A stretch of DNA of 64,000 nucleotides from Lama guanicoe (taxonomy: Eukaryota), in the NCBI GenBank assembly GCA_013239625.1, contig MU053493.1, positions 2,489,793 to 2,553,792 of the forward strand, in the 5' to 3' direction. A program made the position numbers and the translations under genes. This document shows, piece after piece, positions 24,601 through 37,756 of the stretch. The first letter of the stretch is position 1. Each line of letters begins with the position of its first letter. A model generated the notes under the pieces. The model ran no database searches, was not told the DNA's origin, and was given only the letters and a program-made list of their open reading frames with translations.

Positions 24601-26631
24601 GGCAGGAAGGGTTTGGTCTCCATCAGAGAGACACAGAGAGGTCGGCCACCCCTCAGGGCACCGGGGGTTAGAGGAGGGCGGGAGGGCTCCCGAGCCTCCC
24701 CAGCTGTGCTCTCTGGGCGCCCACCCCGTGCCAGGCGCAGTCCGTCACGGGTGGACAGGACACGGCTCTGATCCTCAGAGAGCTTTCATCCTCACGGGGA
24801 CGGACACCTCACAGACCTGGCCTGTTAGGTGAGGTGCTGAGGACAGTAAGCGACAGGGTAAGCGACAGGGTGCGACAGGGCAGAGAACGGAGCGATCTCG
24901 GGGTGGGATGAAGCCCTGAGTAGTCGTGGGAAGTGTGGTCAGGAGGGAGGCCCCAGGTCCGCCCAGTCCTCACTCAGGATGCCCTCCTGGCCGCATGCTC
25001 CCAGGACAAGGTCCCCCTCGGTCCCAGCATCTCATGTCCTCGGGATCCTCTGGAAGGCTTTGCCCAGCAGTGAGGCTAAGCAGCCCCAGTCACCGCAAGT
25101 CTGGACCCTGGCCAGCCCACCCTCCCCCCGCATGCACTGGGGACCCCACAAGGGGGATGGAACTTGGACAGAAAGGGCACAGGGAGAGAGGTAAGTCCCG
25201 GCCCAAACGGGTCTAGGCAGACACGACAGCTTATGCTCCTCCAGGCGTTTCTGTGTGTTTCCACGAGCAAGAGCAGGTGTTTCAGCCTCATTAGCGGACG
25301 CAGACCGAGGCACCACCAGGTAAGGAGACCACCCAGGCTCACAGGCCACACTTCGCTACAGAGCCCAGCCTATCACCCGGGCCTGCTTTAGAGATGCCAG
25401 TTCCCCTCCCCCCATCACTTTTCTTTTTCTCCTGGCCAGTGAAAACACAGCTCAGGTTGTAAGTGATTCACAGGAACGAAAGTGCTCCCAACTTAGCACG
25501 TAATAAAATGTAACTCTGCTCCTCCTGGAATTTCTCCTTGAGTTGTCATTTTCTCACCCTCCCCATCCCACCTCCCGTGGTAAGAGACAGGTACCAGGAC
25601 TTGGCTAGACTTGCTCCACCTCAGGCTAGAAACAACCACGATTCTGGTGGGGTGGAAATGAGAAAGGATGAAAAAAAGACAACCTGGAAGGAGAGAGGAG
25701 TTTCAGGGGTTGAATCACTAGCATCCCTGCAAGTTCCCGTCTGGGACTCGCCACCCCCACTTCGTCCCATCTGTGGGTTGCAGTGATGTGCTCTGGGCCA
25801 GGCTCGTGCACGGAGGTGCAGGGGCGTGGGGGGTGGGGGACCGCCCAGGCCAACGCGTGGAGTCAGCAGCTCGGTCCTGCTGAGCAAGGAGAGGACGGCT
25901 GGGCCCGTCTCCCTCTGGGTCTGGCCCAGCTCCCAGAGCTGACTCAAGAACTGAGTCATCATTTGCAACCTGCAGTCAGGCAACTCCTTAGCCGATGGAA
26001 AACGTCCTGAGTTTCTATGGTACCCAACAGTGAAATCATACTCTCATAGTTAATCCTCAGAACTCCAGCTGGAGAGAAGCACACCAGTGTCTGCAATTTA
26101 CTTGAAATAAGTCAAAATGTAAAAAGGATGGCGGGAGGGAGGGAAGAAAGGAGGTTGGGATGGACATGTGATAAAACAAGTAGAGTAAAATGATCAAGGT
26201 AGAATCCAGCTATCACATACATGAGTATTCACTGTGACATTCTTCACCATGGTTGTATTTTTGAGATTTTTCGTGATAAATTATTGGCGGGAGGGTCGCC
26301 CAATCATCCTGAATTAATTTCAATACCCATGTGAATGAACAGCCCAGCTTCCAGCTTCCTGGTGCTCAGTACCTCAGGGGCCTCCCCTCCGCTCATGGCC
26401 TCGATGCTCACTGAGAGCAGGGCTGCCTGTGAGGAAGGAAGGCGCTGTTTCTTTAGACCAAATTCCTTTCATTTCAGCTCACTGTCCTCACCAGTGCTTC
26501 CACCTCAGGACGATCTCAAGAGCCTGAACCACAGCCCACTTCTCCATCATTTCTTTTTCCCGCATCCAGCAGAGATTCCAGGGGTCACGAACCAACCACA
26601 CACATTCTGTGTGTGTGTGTGTGTGTGTGTG

Positions 26632-27395
26632 TAGCTTTGTTTACAACTGCCAAAACTTGGAAGCAACCAAGGTGGTCTGCAGTATGTGAATTGATAAATT
26701 ATGGTCCATCTAGACAACGGACTATTTGGCATTAAAAAGAAGTGGGCTGGTTGGGGTGGCGAGAGTGTAGCTCAGTGGGAGAGCATGTGTTTAGCATGCA
26801 CGAGGTCCTGGGTTCAATTGCCAACACCTCCATCAAAAAATAAATTAAGTAAATAAATAAATAACTCTGATTATCTCCTCCCCACCCCCCCAAAAAGGAG
26901 TGTACTGTCCATACACGAAAAGACATGGAAGAACCTTAAATACACATTGCTGCGAAGGAAGTCCATCTGAAAAGGCTGCTGTCTGATTCCAACCATGTGA
27001 CATTCCGGGAAAAGGCCAAGCTATGCTGACAGTAGTATGAGTGGTCAGGGGCTGCAGGGGAGGACGGATTAACCCAGTGGAGCACAGTGCGTGTCTATGG
27101 GGCAGCAAAAACTGTTCTGTGTGACACTAACATGGTGGGTTATTACACATTTGGTCAAAACCACAGGTCGACCAACACAAAGAATGAACCCTAAGGTAAA
27201 CGCTAGGCTTTGGGTGATGGGGACGGGTCAGTGCAGGTTCAACAACTCTACCTGTCGGTACCTGTCGGGTGCAGGATGTTGACAGTAGAGGAAATGGGGG
27301 GATGTTTGAGAACTCCATACTCTCTGCTCAGTTTTTCTGAAAGCTTACAACTCCTAAAACAACAGCAACAACAACAAAACCCTACTAATTAAAAC
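26632..27395 (+). mobile_element. Ancient L1 (L1MC-like) 3' end interrupted by a SINE
   Basis: Homologous to 14090-14712 (aaaacttggaagcaacc...ctctctgctcagtttttctg). Confidence 0.75.
26753..26891 (+). mobile_element. tRNA-derived (vic-1-like) SINE
   Basis: tagctcagtggg...gggttcaattgcc; flanks aaaaagaagtg / aaaaaggagtg. Confidence 0.9.
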
Positions 27396-27669
27396 CAGAT
27401 TATAGTCCATAGAGCTAATACTGGAAGCAGAGCAGCAGTCACTTTTTGGAAACCCTCAGGTACCGAACCCAGACACTCCTGTCTGTACTCAGGGCATCAG
27501 GCAGCACAGCGCTTACCTGGCGCAAGTCACTCCAGCTGTGGGCTCTCCAACATTTATTCATTTTTTTCCCCTCCTGATAACGAGTAAGGAGATGGAATTA
27601 GAAATCAAAAACTTCCCGACAAACAAAAGTCCAGGACCAGCGGGCCTCACAGGTGAATTCTAACAAAGG

Positions 27670-27855
27670 TTTTCTTTTTAATTGAGGTAGAGCTGGCATA
27701 TAACATCATATTAATTGCAGACGTACGACACGGTAATTTGGTAATTGTGTACAAGGCAGAGTGACAACTACAGTAGGTCCAGTCACCGTCACGACCATGC
27801 AATTACCCGCCTTCACCCATTTCTCCCCCCATCCCCTTCCCCTTTGGTGACTATT
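27670..27855 (-). mobile_element. L1 3' UTR terminus
   Basis: Minus strand: caccaaaggggaaggggatggggg...aattaatatgatgttatatgccagctctacctcaattaaaaa. Confidence 0.7.
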
Positions 27856-27859
27856 CATT

Positions 27860-27973
27860 TTTTTTAAATATTGTTCCTAGAATCCTAATTTTTTAACAGA
27901 GGTACTGGGGATTGAACCTAGTATATCATGCATGCTAAGCATGTGCTCAACCGCTGAGCTATACCCTCCTCCC
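27860..27973 (-). mobile_element. tRNA-derived (vic-1-like) SINE
   Basis: ggtactggggattgaacc...ctgagctataccctcctccc; TSD-like gactattcatttt / ggctactcgtttt. Confidence 0.88.
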
Positions 27974-28009
27974 TGGCTACTCGTTTTTTATTAAGACATC
28001 CCCCATCTG

Positions 28010-28110
28010 AAAACACAGAACACGTCATGAATATGCATGTCATCCTATGCAGGAGCCATGCTAGTCTTCACTGCGTCTTTCCGATTTTAGTATATGGGCT
28101 GCATCAGCAC
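28010..28110 (-). pseudogene. U6 snRNA retropseudogene (nearly full length)
   Basis: Minus strand GTGCTGATGCAGCCCATATACTAAAATCGGAAAGACGCAGTGAAGACTAGCATGGCTCCTGCATAGGATGACATGCATATTCATGACGTGTTCTGTGTTTT aligns end to end with U6; the ACAGAGA box is mutated to GCAGTGA and there is no TATA upstream. Confidence 0.92.
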
Positions 28111-28569
28111 CTTCCCCAAAAACAAGCAGGGCCAGGCATCGGGGAAGCAGAGGCAGGAAATAGCCCAAGCAGCCGCCGCCTTCAGGGAGCTTATCTGGAG
28201 CGGAGAAGCCAGATGTCCAGCAGGAAAGAGGGGACCTACCTCCCACCCTGGGCTCACTGCATCTCTCCTGTGCTGGAGCTCTTTTCCGTGACCCGCATCT
28301 TCCAAGATAGCTCAGTCCCCTCTTATTTTGACGGAGCACATCTCTCAACAGCTTATACATCTTTTATTATTACGAAGTGTTTTAGATCTACTCAAAAGGA
28401 GAAAGAACTCTATGAGAAACCCATTCCCTCAGACTCAACAACATCAAGATTTGGATATAGTTGCTTCATTATCCCATTTCTTCTTTTGCTTTTCATTCTC
28501 CACTGAAGCTCTTTAAAGGAACTCAGTTCTTCAACACATCTCTTTAGAAAATGTGGAATTAAAAACCCA

Positions 28570-28722
28570 TAGCTACCACAGGGAATTCTATTCAATATCT
28601 TGTAATAACTTTGAATGAAAAGGAATATGAAAATGAATATATATATATATGTGTGTGACTGGGATTTTACGCTGTACACCAGAAACTGACACACTGTAAC
28701 TGACTATCCTTCAGTTAAAAAA
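28570..28722 (+). mobile_element. L1 3' tail fragment
   Basis: cacagggaattctattcaatatcttg...gctgtacaccagaaactgacacactgtaactgactatccttc plus polyA. Confidence 0.88.
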
Positions 28723-29621
28723 ACTAAAACAAAACAAAATGCAGCCACAATGTCACTATCCCATAGAACAAAATTAAAAATAACTCCTTGCTGTCATGTA
28801 AGATTTTAGTCCATGATAAAACATTCTGATTGAAAAATGTGTTCTTCCCCAAAGGGGTTTCAAACAGGATCCAAACAGTGTCCACCTGTCTTTTCCCTGG
28901 AGCCACATGGGTCTCCCGGCTGCTTCGTTGTGGAGTCAGCCTGACCCCACCTTTGTTTATTTCACACCATTAATCTGCGTGTTGCTTCCAGCTGACCCAC
29001 ATTCTGGATGTGTCTGCTAGTTTCCTCACGGTGTCATTTGTTTAATGTCTCCCTTTCCCTCCCATATCTTCTGCAAATAGAATTAAGCTCTGGAAGTGTG
29101 ATTAACTCTGGGCACACTCTTAGGCAAATACACCTCGTAGGCAGTACTCTGTGCCTCCTGCTGCACCCACCTGCTGACACCTCGGTGAGGAACCCGGCAG
29201 CAGACGGAGGTGGTGACCGCCCAAACTCCATGCAGCAAAGACTGCCCCCCACCTCGACCTTCCATCCAGTGGTTTCACCCATCAACAGTCACCGCCCCCA
29301 TCTGTGAATTCATCAAGAGTTGTACAATAAGGAGTTTCTAATCCTTCCATCCCTTCCACAGCTACCAGTGGGAATTCTTGAAACCCAACTTTCCCTTATG
29401 AGTTACAGTGATCTGTTTACCTGTAATACAGCTGATAAGGCAAAAGGCAGGCAAAAGGCATAGTTCTTTCCTTTTCACTGCTGACTCTCAGAGTAAAGCT
29501 TTCAACCTCATTCTGAAGTCATCCATTAGGGTCCAATGAGTGGTTTGTTTGACTTTCTCTTTTAAGGCGTTCTTATAAACGCATAGAATTTTACATATTC
29601 TTAGTGTTTTAAGTAACTGTA

Positions 29622-29740
29622 TTTTGGCGGGGGGAGACAATTAAGTTTATTTATTATTTTTAGTGGAGGTACTGGGGATTGAACCCAGGACCTTGTGCAT
29701 GCTAAGCACGTATTCTACCACTGAGCTACACCCTCCCCCC
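29622..29740 (-). mobile_element. tRNA-derived (vic-1-like) SINE
   Basis: ggaggtactggggattgaacccaggacc...ctgagctacaccctcccc. Confidence 0.92.
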
Positions 29741-30924
29741 AATAATTGCATTTCTATGTGTGCGTGACTCAAATTGCCCCATCTTTGTCCAATGAGAGAC
29801 CCTTCATGGTGGTTCCTGGGTCTCCTGACATGATCCCACTAGTCTTTAGTGACTCCTTCACTCTCTGGCATTGTGAAATGCTTGCTCCACCATCATCTTG
29901 ACTATTCCCTGCCCCTAACCCAGAACCAGCCATTCCGCCATGGAAAGCTACATTAGATGCTACATACAGTCTGTGTGTCAAGTGTGTTCACGGCTGCAGT
30001 TACCACTGCTTGTAGGACTGGTCTGTAAACAGAGCTAGGGAAAAAAATTTTTAATAAAAAATAATCAGTTCATAGTGATATTTCCAATTAAGATTTAATC
30101 TCACTGGATTTTTCCTTAAGATCTGCAAAATGAGAAGATTTTTCACTCTTTCTTTCTAAACTGTAGGCCTCTCACAGTCCTGACTTTGAAGGAGAGCCTC
30201 CAGCTCTTCCCCACTAAGATGCTAACTTTGGGGTGAGTGTTTGTGTGCACCTGAGAATGTTCAGTCACACTGAGCTACTACTTTCTGGAGCATTTGTTAA
30301 GGAATGAATGTTAAATATCGTTAAATGCATTTTTGGCATCTATAGAGATGTTCATATAAATAATTTTTCCTCTTAAACGCACTCACCTACTCTGATGAAC
30401 TCTATGAATGGATGAATAAATCACATCTGAATTCCTGGAATAGACTCTGTTTGATCATAATCTACCTTTTTTACTTACCATCAGACTATATTTGTTAGCA
30501 TTTTACTTAACATTTTTACTTAAAATCTTTATCAGATTTTAGTATTAATGTTATATTCACTTCATTAAAAGAATTTGGAAATTCTTCTTTTTTCTGGGCT
30601 CTAGAACAGTTTAAGTGGTATTGAGATTATCAGCTTTGAAGCTTTGGAAGAATTCCCCTATGAGACCACCTGGACGTGGTACTTAAGTTCTTCTGCAATT
30701 TTTCTTACTTCATGTATTGTTGGGCCCTTTAGATCTTCTTTCTCCACTGGATAATTTTCAGTAAATTATATTTTCATAAAGCATTGCCCATTTCACCTGG
30801 GTTTTTCAGTATATTTGAATGGAACTGTGCAAAGTAATCTCTTGCTTTAGTTTAAATTTCTTCTGTTTTGATGGTTATTCTTCCCTTGTCATATCTTATT
30901 TGGATATATATTTTCTCTCCCCAT

Positions 30925-31027
30925 TTTTTTTCTTTTCTTTTTTTCTTTTAATGGAGGTACTGGGAATTGAACCCAGGACCTTGGGCACGCTAAGCACTTG
31001 CTCTACCCTTGAGCTATACCACTCCCA
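30925..31027 (-). mobile_element. tRNA-derived (vic-1-like) SINE
   Basis: ggaggtactgggaattgaacccaggacc...gagctataccactccc. Confidence 0.9.
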
Positions 31028-31520
31028 ACTTTTTCTTAATCAGATGGGCTAGTAGTTTTTATCTTTTCTTGATCTTGATTTCAAGAACCAGATTCTTGAT
31101 TTATGAATTCTTCTGTTTTTCTGTTTACTAACCAGCTAATTTCAGCTTTTATATTAATGCCTTCTGTTTTCTTTTACTTTGGTATTTCTCCAGTGTTTTG
31201 AATATGATGTTTAGTTCATTCTGTTCATTTTTAGGTTTTGATTTTTATTTATGCAGCTGTTTATGCTGTGAATCTTCCTAAATAAATATTATTTCAACCA
31301 CAGTGACTCTGATACAGCATATTTTTAATATTGTTATTTTCTCAGAAATCTGTAGTTTTGTTCATGTTTTCCTTTTGATCCAAGAATTATTTATGAGTTT
31401 TCAATGTTCTGGATTGAAAAGTCTTCTTAATAAATAAAACAACCGTTATTGAAGACTGCACCTTGGAACAGATGGGCATGTTCACTCCACACTAAAAATT
31501 TTCACATAAAGAAGATTTGG

Positions 31521-31659
31521 TTTTTGTTTGTTTGTTTGTGGGGAGAGGTAATTAGGTTTCATGTACTTACTTATTTTTTTTAATGGAGGTACTGGGGATT
31601 GAACACAGGACCTCATGCATGTTAGGCACGGGCTCTACCACTGAGCTATACTCTCCCCC
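31521..31659 (-). mobile_element. tRNA-derived (vic-1-like) SINE
   Basis: Full body; TSD gaagatttg / gaagacttg. Confidence 0.92.
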
Positions 31660-32699
31660 AGGAAGACTTGCTTTTATTTGTACTTGCTTTATCTTTTTTA
31701 TGTTTTGTCAGCCTTCTTCTCTTGGTGCTATTAGTCTTACTCAAAGATGAGATGCTCCTGGTATAGACTCCTGACATAAAACAAAGTCAAATCTGGGCTC
31801 CATCACTAATCAGCTGTAAGACTTTCAGGGGCGCAATTTGCTCTCTGGGCTTCTGTAGCCTTATCTGTTTGGGTAGGGCATTGACTCTCAGGTTTGTTTT
31901 CAGTCTACACCCTACCCTATAGCTGCACGGGAGGTGATAATTACTTCTGCTTTCTATTTGGAATAAACTGGCCCTCAGTTGAAAAGCTCCTCCCCACCTG
32001 TTCCTGGACTTGAAAGCAGAGGCATCTGGAGAGTCTGTGACCAGTTTTCGCATTTTCCTCTTGATGTTCGTGTTAGTATCGTCTCTGAATGTTAATGAAA
32101 ATGAGGGGTTCACGCTGGACTGCTGATTGCTAGTCCACTTTATGGGACTGTGTTAATGGCAAAAACGCTGAAGGATGAAATCATTATTATTATTTTTTTT
32201 AAACTTGAACTGACCAGGCATTTTACATAAATTCTAAATAAATCTTCACTCTAAAGGTAGGTGGTATTGTCTGTTGGAAAATTAGGGAAGTGACTTTAAA
32301 AGGTGATGGCTTTTCTTGGGGCTCAGGGTGCTGGAAGATACATGATCTGTATGGTGGCAAGGTCTACCCCATTCACGCTGACCTGTTAAAGGCCAACCTT
32401 TCTTCCTTCTGGTTCCACAGGTAGTCGAGCTTTCTGTTACTCTATTTTTTTAGGCTTTAAAAAAAATTGTGGTAAAATACACGTAACATAGAATTTACCA
32501 TCCTAACCATTTTTAAGGGTATAATTTAGTAGTGTTAAGTATATCCACACTGCTGTGAAAGTAGCCTTTTGTTTTTATTAATTTCTAATTTTATTTGGAA
32601 AATGTTGACTTATCTCTATTTTTCAAAATCATCTGAAGTTTTTTACAATCAACTAATATAGGGTCAACGGGTATACCGAACCATGTGTGCAGTGCCAAC

Positions 32700-33585
32700 T
32701 GGTGTCTGCTGAGGCCCTGCGACCCCCATTCCTGGGTTCTCAGATGTCTGTCTGCAATCCGTCAAAAAAACAAAGTACACCCTTTCCTAATGTGTTTGCC
32801 TTGGCACAGTTAACAGCCCTGGGAAATGGCTAACTTCACCGTAGCTCAGGCTGACTTGTCTCAGCCCGTGTCTCCTCTTTATCCGAATCATAAATTCCAC
32901 TACCTTGCTTGTGTCAGCCCGTATCTCCATCTCACTGGAGTCGTAAATCCACTATCCTCCCATATACCAAAGCCCCTTACCTCACTTACAGCCAATCAGA
33001 AATCTGTTCTCCCATCCCTTTGTGTTCACAGCCCCTTTCCCAATAAAAGACCCTGCACGTCACACTCAGACACACAGGCATCTCTTGCCGATGTGGCCCG
33101 CTGTTGCCTGTGGCAGCAAATGTATTAAACTTTCTTTGTTCTTCTTTTTTTCAAATTAATTTTAATTGTTTTTTGAATTGAAGTATAGCAGTTACAATGT
33201 GTCCATTACTGTGTGTACAGCATAATGTCCCAGTCATGCATGTATATACATATACTCATTTTCATAATCTTTTTCATTAAAGGTTATTACAAGATATTAA
33301 ATATAGTTCCCTGTGCTATACAGAAGAAACTTTTTTTAATCTATTTTAATATATAGTGGTTAACATTTGCAAATCTCAAAATCCCAGATTTATCCCTTCT
33401 CACTCCCTTTGCCCTGGTAACCATAAGATTGTTTATGTCTGAGAGTCTGTTTCTGTTTTGTAGATGAGTTCATTAATGTCCTCTTTTTTCTAACTTTCCT
33501 TTGTTCTTAAACTTTTCCTTGCCTTTGGTAAAATTCTTTTTACCAACTGACATCACTGGCCTGCCGCCAAGTGTCCCCCAGCGAT
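32700..33585 (+). mobile_element. LTR-like element interrupted by an L1 tail; boundaries approximate
   Basis: CCAAT (agccaatcag), TATA-like aataaaag, attaaactttc, and a U5-like ggtaaaattctttttaccaac. Confidence 0.5.
33144..33491 (-). mobile_element. L1 3' UTR fragment
   Basis: TSD aactttc(c)tttgttctt (33128-33143 and 33492-33508). Confidence 0.9.
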
Positions 33586-35429
33586 GTACCCTTGAAGCAA
33601 GGTGCAGTGTGTGTTATTGGGGTACACAGCTGAGCACATGTCTGCAGAGCTCCTAACTGGCTATTTACCGAAGCCATCTACATCCTCACAACCTTTCTGT
33701 GTAAACCAGAGAGAGTGTGTGAACTGCCCCGGTCAACAGTCTGTGCTACTCCTCCTCTCCTCTCCTATAATTCCTGCTTTAGGAACGTTGCTTCTGTGTT
33801 AGTAAGAACATAGCTATTACAAACGACCAGTTTTTCCATCGTAAATTATAGCCTTTAGCATTATACGGTGTCTCTGTCTGATATCAAGACTTTCCTGTTA
33901 CATGTGTTTCGCTGGTACATCTTCCCCAATCCTTTCTTTCTCACACTTCTCCATCACTCCCGGTGTGCCTGTGTACTTCAGTCATCTGAGAATCTTTTCA
34001 TAGGATCACAGGCCTATTTACATTTCTCATATGACTGATTTCTGTCACACCTAATGGATATTATGAGGTTCATTTTCTTTACTTTTCCTTTTCATGTGTT
34101 TCTTTTGGCACTCAGGAAGTTTTGTATTTTTGTTCTACTAGCTTCTTCATACTAGTACCTCTATGTGATGGTCTTAGTCATCTCTTTATTCAGTTATTAC
34201 CTATCAGCTTCACAGCTAGAAAATTCCAGAATTATCATTCAGAGCTGGAGACAGGCCCTTTTCACTGTGACCACTTGCAATTAGGCAGAGAATAAAAGCA
34301 GGTAATAAAAAGGAAGATTTTTCTAGGGAGCACAAAAAAGAATGCAACATTTCCCTCATTCCAAAGCAGGGAAAGAGGAAAATTAGGAAAAATGCAGCGA
34401 GTAGTAGAGAAATTTAAAAAAAAATAATTAGAAATATTAGAAAACATTTCCCAGATAGAAATATGGGAGGTTAATGCAAAACTCAGCAAAAGTTGCAGTC
34501 TGTTAATCTGATATTCAGTAATTTGGGTTTGTAAATGAACAGATTACCCTGAGGCTACACATAAACAGTGTATTTTTAAAGGGCCATGGTTTTTAAGTTT
34601 CTAAGAAAATCTTCAGTTAGCAGTTTAGAGTCTTCTAAAATTAAAGTAAAAAGAATTAATTGGTGTGAAAATGCAAGGGTTAGCTGTGTGGGAAAATGTC
34701 TAATTGAGGGTTGTAAGTTCCTTGTATCTTGAGAAGAATAAATATTTTGAAGAGTAACACTGAAGGTGGCATTTTAAAAGACATTAAATGCTTATTAAAA
34801 GCCCCAGGAGAAGTAGTGGAAAGGAAATGGTAATAGAACAAAGAAAAGGATAATGGAATAATAAACAGGTTAGCAGTAGAATAATGGTAATTAACCGTAA
34901 TAAAAAGGTACCATTACAATTTTAATTAAACATAAGGCAGTGGCAGGAAATACTGAAAAATGGAAATACTGGACTATATAAAAATTCTAAACTTCTAAAT
35001 TTCCAATCTTATGTACTTTAAATGAAGAAACATAAATGACCAAAATGTAAATGGACCACACCCTTTTAACTATGAAATCCGCTCCTAGAAATTTACCCCA
35101 GAAGACAATCATATACATAGTCAAAGATGCATGTGAAGCGCTGTTCAAAAGAGTGAAGACCAGGAAAAACTCAAATATCCACAAACAATGGCTAGGGTAA
35201 ACAAACTACTGTACATCTGCAAGAGGATTACAGCTACAGCCATCAGAAACGTAAGGAAGTCAGAGCAAGTCGCGTAACAAAGAACTTGGTGCCACTATAG
35301 GTTCATTGTCATTGCTCCAGAACACCCCGCCCCCCACCTTCCTCCAACCACGGCTCACAGGCCCTTCTGCTGATCCAAGCAAAGCTCTCCTCTCAGCTCC
35401 GAAAAGCCAAATTCTCTCTATTTTTCTGC

Positions 35430-35542
35430 AGGGGTGGGGAGAAGGTGATTAGGTTTATTTATTTATTTACTTTAATGGAGGTACCAGGGATTGAACCCAG
35501 GACCTGGTGCATGCTAAGTACACTGAGCTATACCCTCTCCCT
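35430..35542 (-). mobile_element. tRNA-derived (vic-1-like) SINE
   Basis: ggaggtaccagggattgaacccaggacc...ctgagctataccctctccc; small internal deletion. Confidence 0.88.
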
Positions 35543-35569
35543 CTACCCACCACCCCACCGCTGACTATC

Positions 35570-35912
35570 CTGCAACAGGGATGAGCCTTGAAAGCATCAC
35601 GCTAAGTGAAAAAAGCCAGACACCAAGGGCCACAATTTGCAGGATCCCATTTATACGAAATGTACAAAAAGGCAAATTGTCAGAGACAGAAAGTGGATCC
35701 CAGTTGCCTCGGGCTGGAGGGAAGGGTTGGAATGGGAGAATGGTCGCTGGTGGCTAAAGGGAGTGGAGTTTTGGAGGGGACATGATAATATTCTAAAATT
35801 GATTGTGATGACGGGTCCACAACTCTAAACATACTACCAGCCACTGACTGGTACATTTTAAATGGGTGACTTGTATGGCATGTAGATTTAACTTCAATCA
35901 ATGTATTAAAAA
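35570..35912 (+). mobile_element. Ancient L1 (L1MB-like) 3' end
   Basis: gatgagccttgaaagcatcacgctaagtgaaaaaagccagacac...tgtagatttaacttcaat. Confidence 0.78.
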
Positions 35913-36249
35913 ACAAAAGCCGTCCTATATGCTGAATATCTTTGCAATGTCCCTTTACCACCTCAGTACTCCTATCCTGAAAGCTAAATACACCTTACCT
36001 GTTTATTCAAATATGGATGTGAGTTTCACTGTCTGGACGCAACAAGCTAGCTCTACACTGATCTATTCCTCCCCTTCTAGAAGGCCACCTGACAATACAG
36101 CCCAGCAGCTAGAATAACAATTCTCATCCGCTGATTCAAATATTCTCCTTTAGAAATCTATCATAAGGAGATATAAATTTAGACATTCATATTCAAAGCA
36201 ATAATTTTTTAATTTGGGGGAAAACATAAGCTATCTAAATGTTTCATAT

Positions 36250-37008
36250 TATTTTATTTTTTGCTGAAATACAGTTGATTTACAATATTAGTTTCAGGTG
36301 TATGGCAAAGTGATTCAGTTATACATTATGCATACATACACATATATATATATATTTTCATATTCTTTTCCATTGTAGGTTATTACAAGAAATTGAATAT
36401 TGTTCTCTGTGCTATACAGCAGGTCCTTGTTGTTTATCTATTTTATATATAGCACCGAGTATCTGTTAATCTCAAACTCTCAACTGATCCCTCCCCGGCC
36501 CTTTGGTAGCCATAAGTTTGTTTTCTGTATCTGTGAGTTTATTTCTGGTTTGTGAATAAAATTTGTATCTTTTTTAGACCCCACACATCAGCAATATCAC
36601 ATATTTGTCTTTCTCTATCTGACTTACTTCATATAATATGACAATCTCTAGGTCAATCCATGTTGTTGCAAATGGCATTATTTTATTCTTTTTTTTGGCT
36701 AAGTACTATTTCATTGTATACATATACCACAACTTCTTTATTCAGTCATTTGTCAATGCACATTTATTTAGGTTGCTTCCATGTCTTGGCTATTTTAAGT
36801 AGTGTTGCTATGCACACTGGGGTCATGTATATTTTCAAATTAGAGTGTCCTCTGGATATATGCCCAGGAGTGGAATTGCTGGATCCATGGTAGGCCTATT
36901 TTCAGTCTTTTGAGGAAATCTCCATATTGTTTTCCAAAGTGGCTGCACCAAACTACATTCCCACCAATAGTGTAGGAGGATTCCCTTTTCTCCACACCCT
37001 CTCCAGCA
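36250..37008 (-). mobile_element. 5'-truncated L1 with a 19-bp TSD
   Basis: Minus-strand [24 protein letters not shown] cataagctatctaaatgtt (36225-36243 and 37007-37025). Confidence 0.94.
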
Positions 37009-37756
37009 TAAGCTATCTAAATGTTCAACAATCAAAGAATCACTTAAGTGTAATATGTCCAAATAAGGAACAGCAAAAGCCATTAAAATATCTTCAAAGA
37101 ATGTGGAATATAAACGTAAGTGAAATATAAACAGAGTGTATGTATCATGTGATCCCTGTTACGTACATTAGAGATATCTATGACACTCCTGTGGGGGGAC
37201 AGCCACTGTCTTCTCTAAATACCATACTCTTCCCTGAAAACTGCTGTGTTAGGGTAAGCTGTCCACACTGCCTAACCATAGGGACAGAGACTTATCTGGG
37301 AAAGGGGTGGGCAATCACAGCCCCTTCCCCAGAAATGTGACCATGAGGTTTAACCCGGCCGCTCCTGCACTGGAGAGGTCTAACCCCAGGCCCTGTCTAC
37401 AAGTCTGCTGCACCTGCAGTTATGTGAGGAATGCTGCAGGGGTCAGGGCCTGCCAGGCGTCCCAGGCTCCTCCTGGACACTCAGTGCACTTGAATTCCAT
37501 CCTCTAGCTCTCACTGGAATGCAGAGGCAGGGAGTTTCCCAGCACTCAAGGGCGGGAACAGCAAAGCTAACCCAGGGGAGCCCTGCTGGCTGGTACCCAC
37601 CTGGGCCAGCGGCTTCTGGTAGCATCTTCCTGTTTAACCTGCTCCAAGCACAGAAAATAATCTGAGAGCTGATTCTGCCACACATACAATTAGAGTTCAG
37701 GCCCGACTACAATTTCGAATCGCTTGTCTAAAAAGCATGGCCCGTGGGTCCAACCT

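Larger units (their letters stand above)
28900..31440 (-). mobile_element. Mosaic of ancient L1 relics (3' end and ORF2)
   Basis: T-rich degenerate L1 antisense motifs (aaatgcatttttggcatctatagagatg, ttggaagaattcccctatgagaccacctgg). Confidence 0.55.

Noticed and set aside
28010..28110. Functional U6 gene
   Set aside because: The ACAGAGA box is mutated, the 5' stem has a deletion, and there is no upstream TATA.
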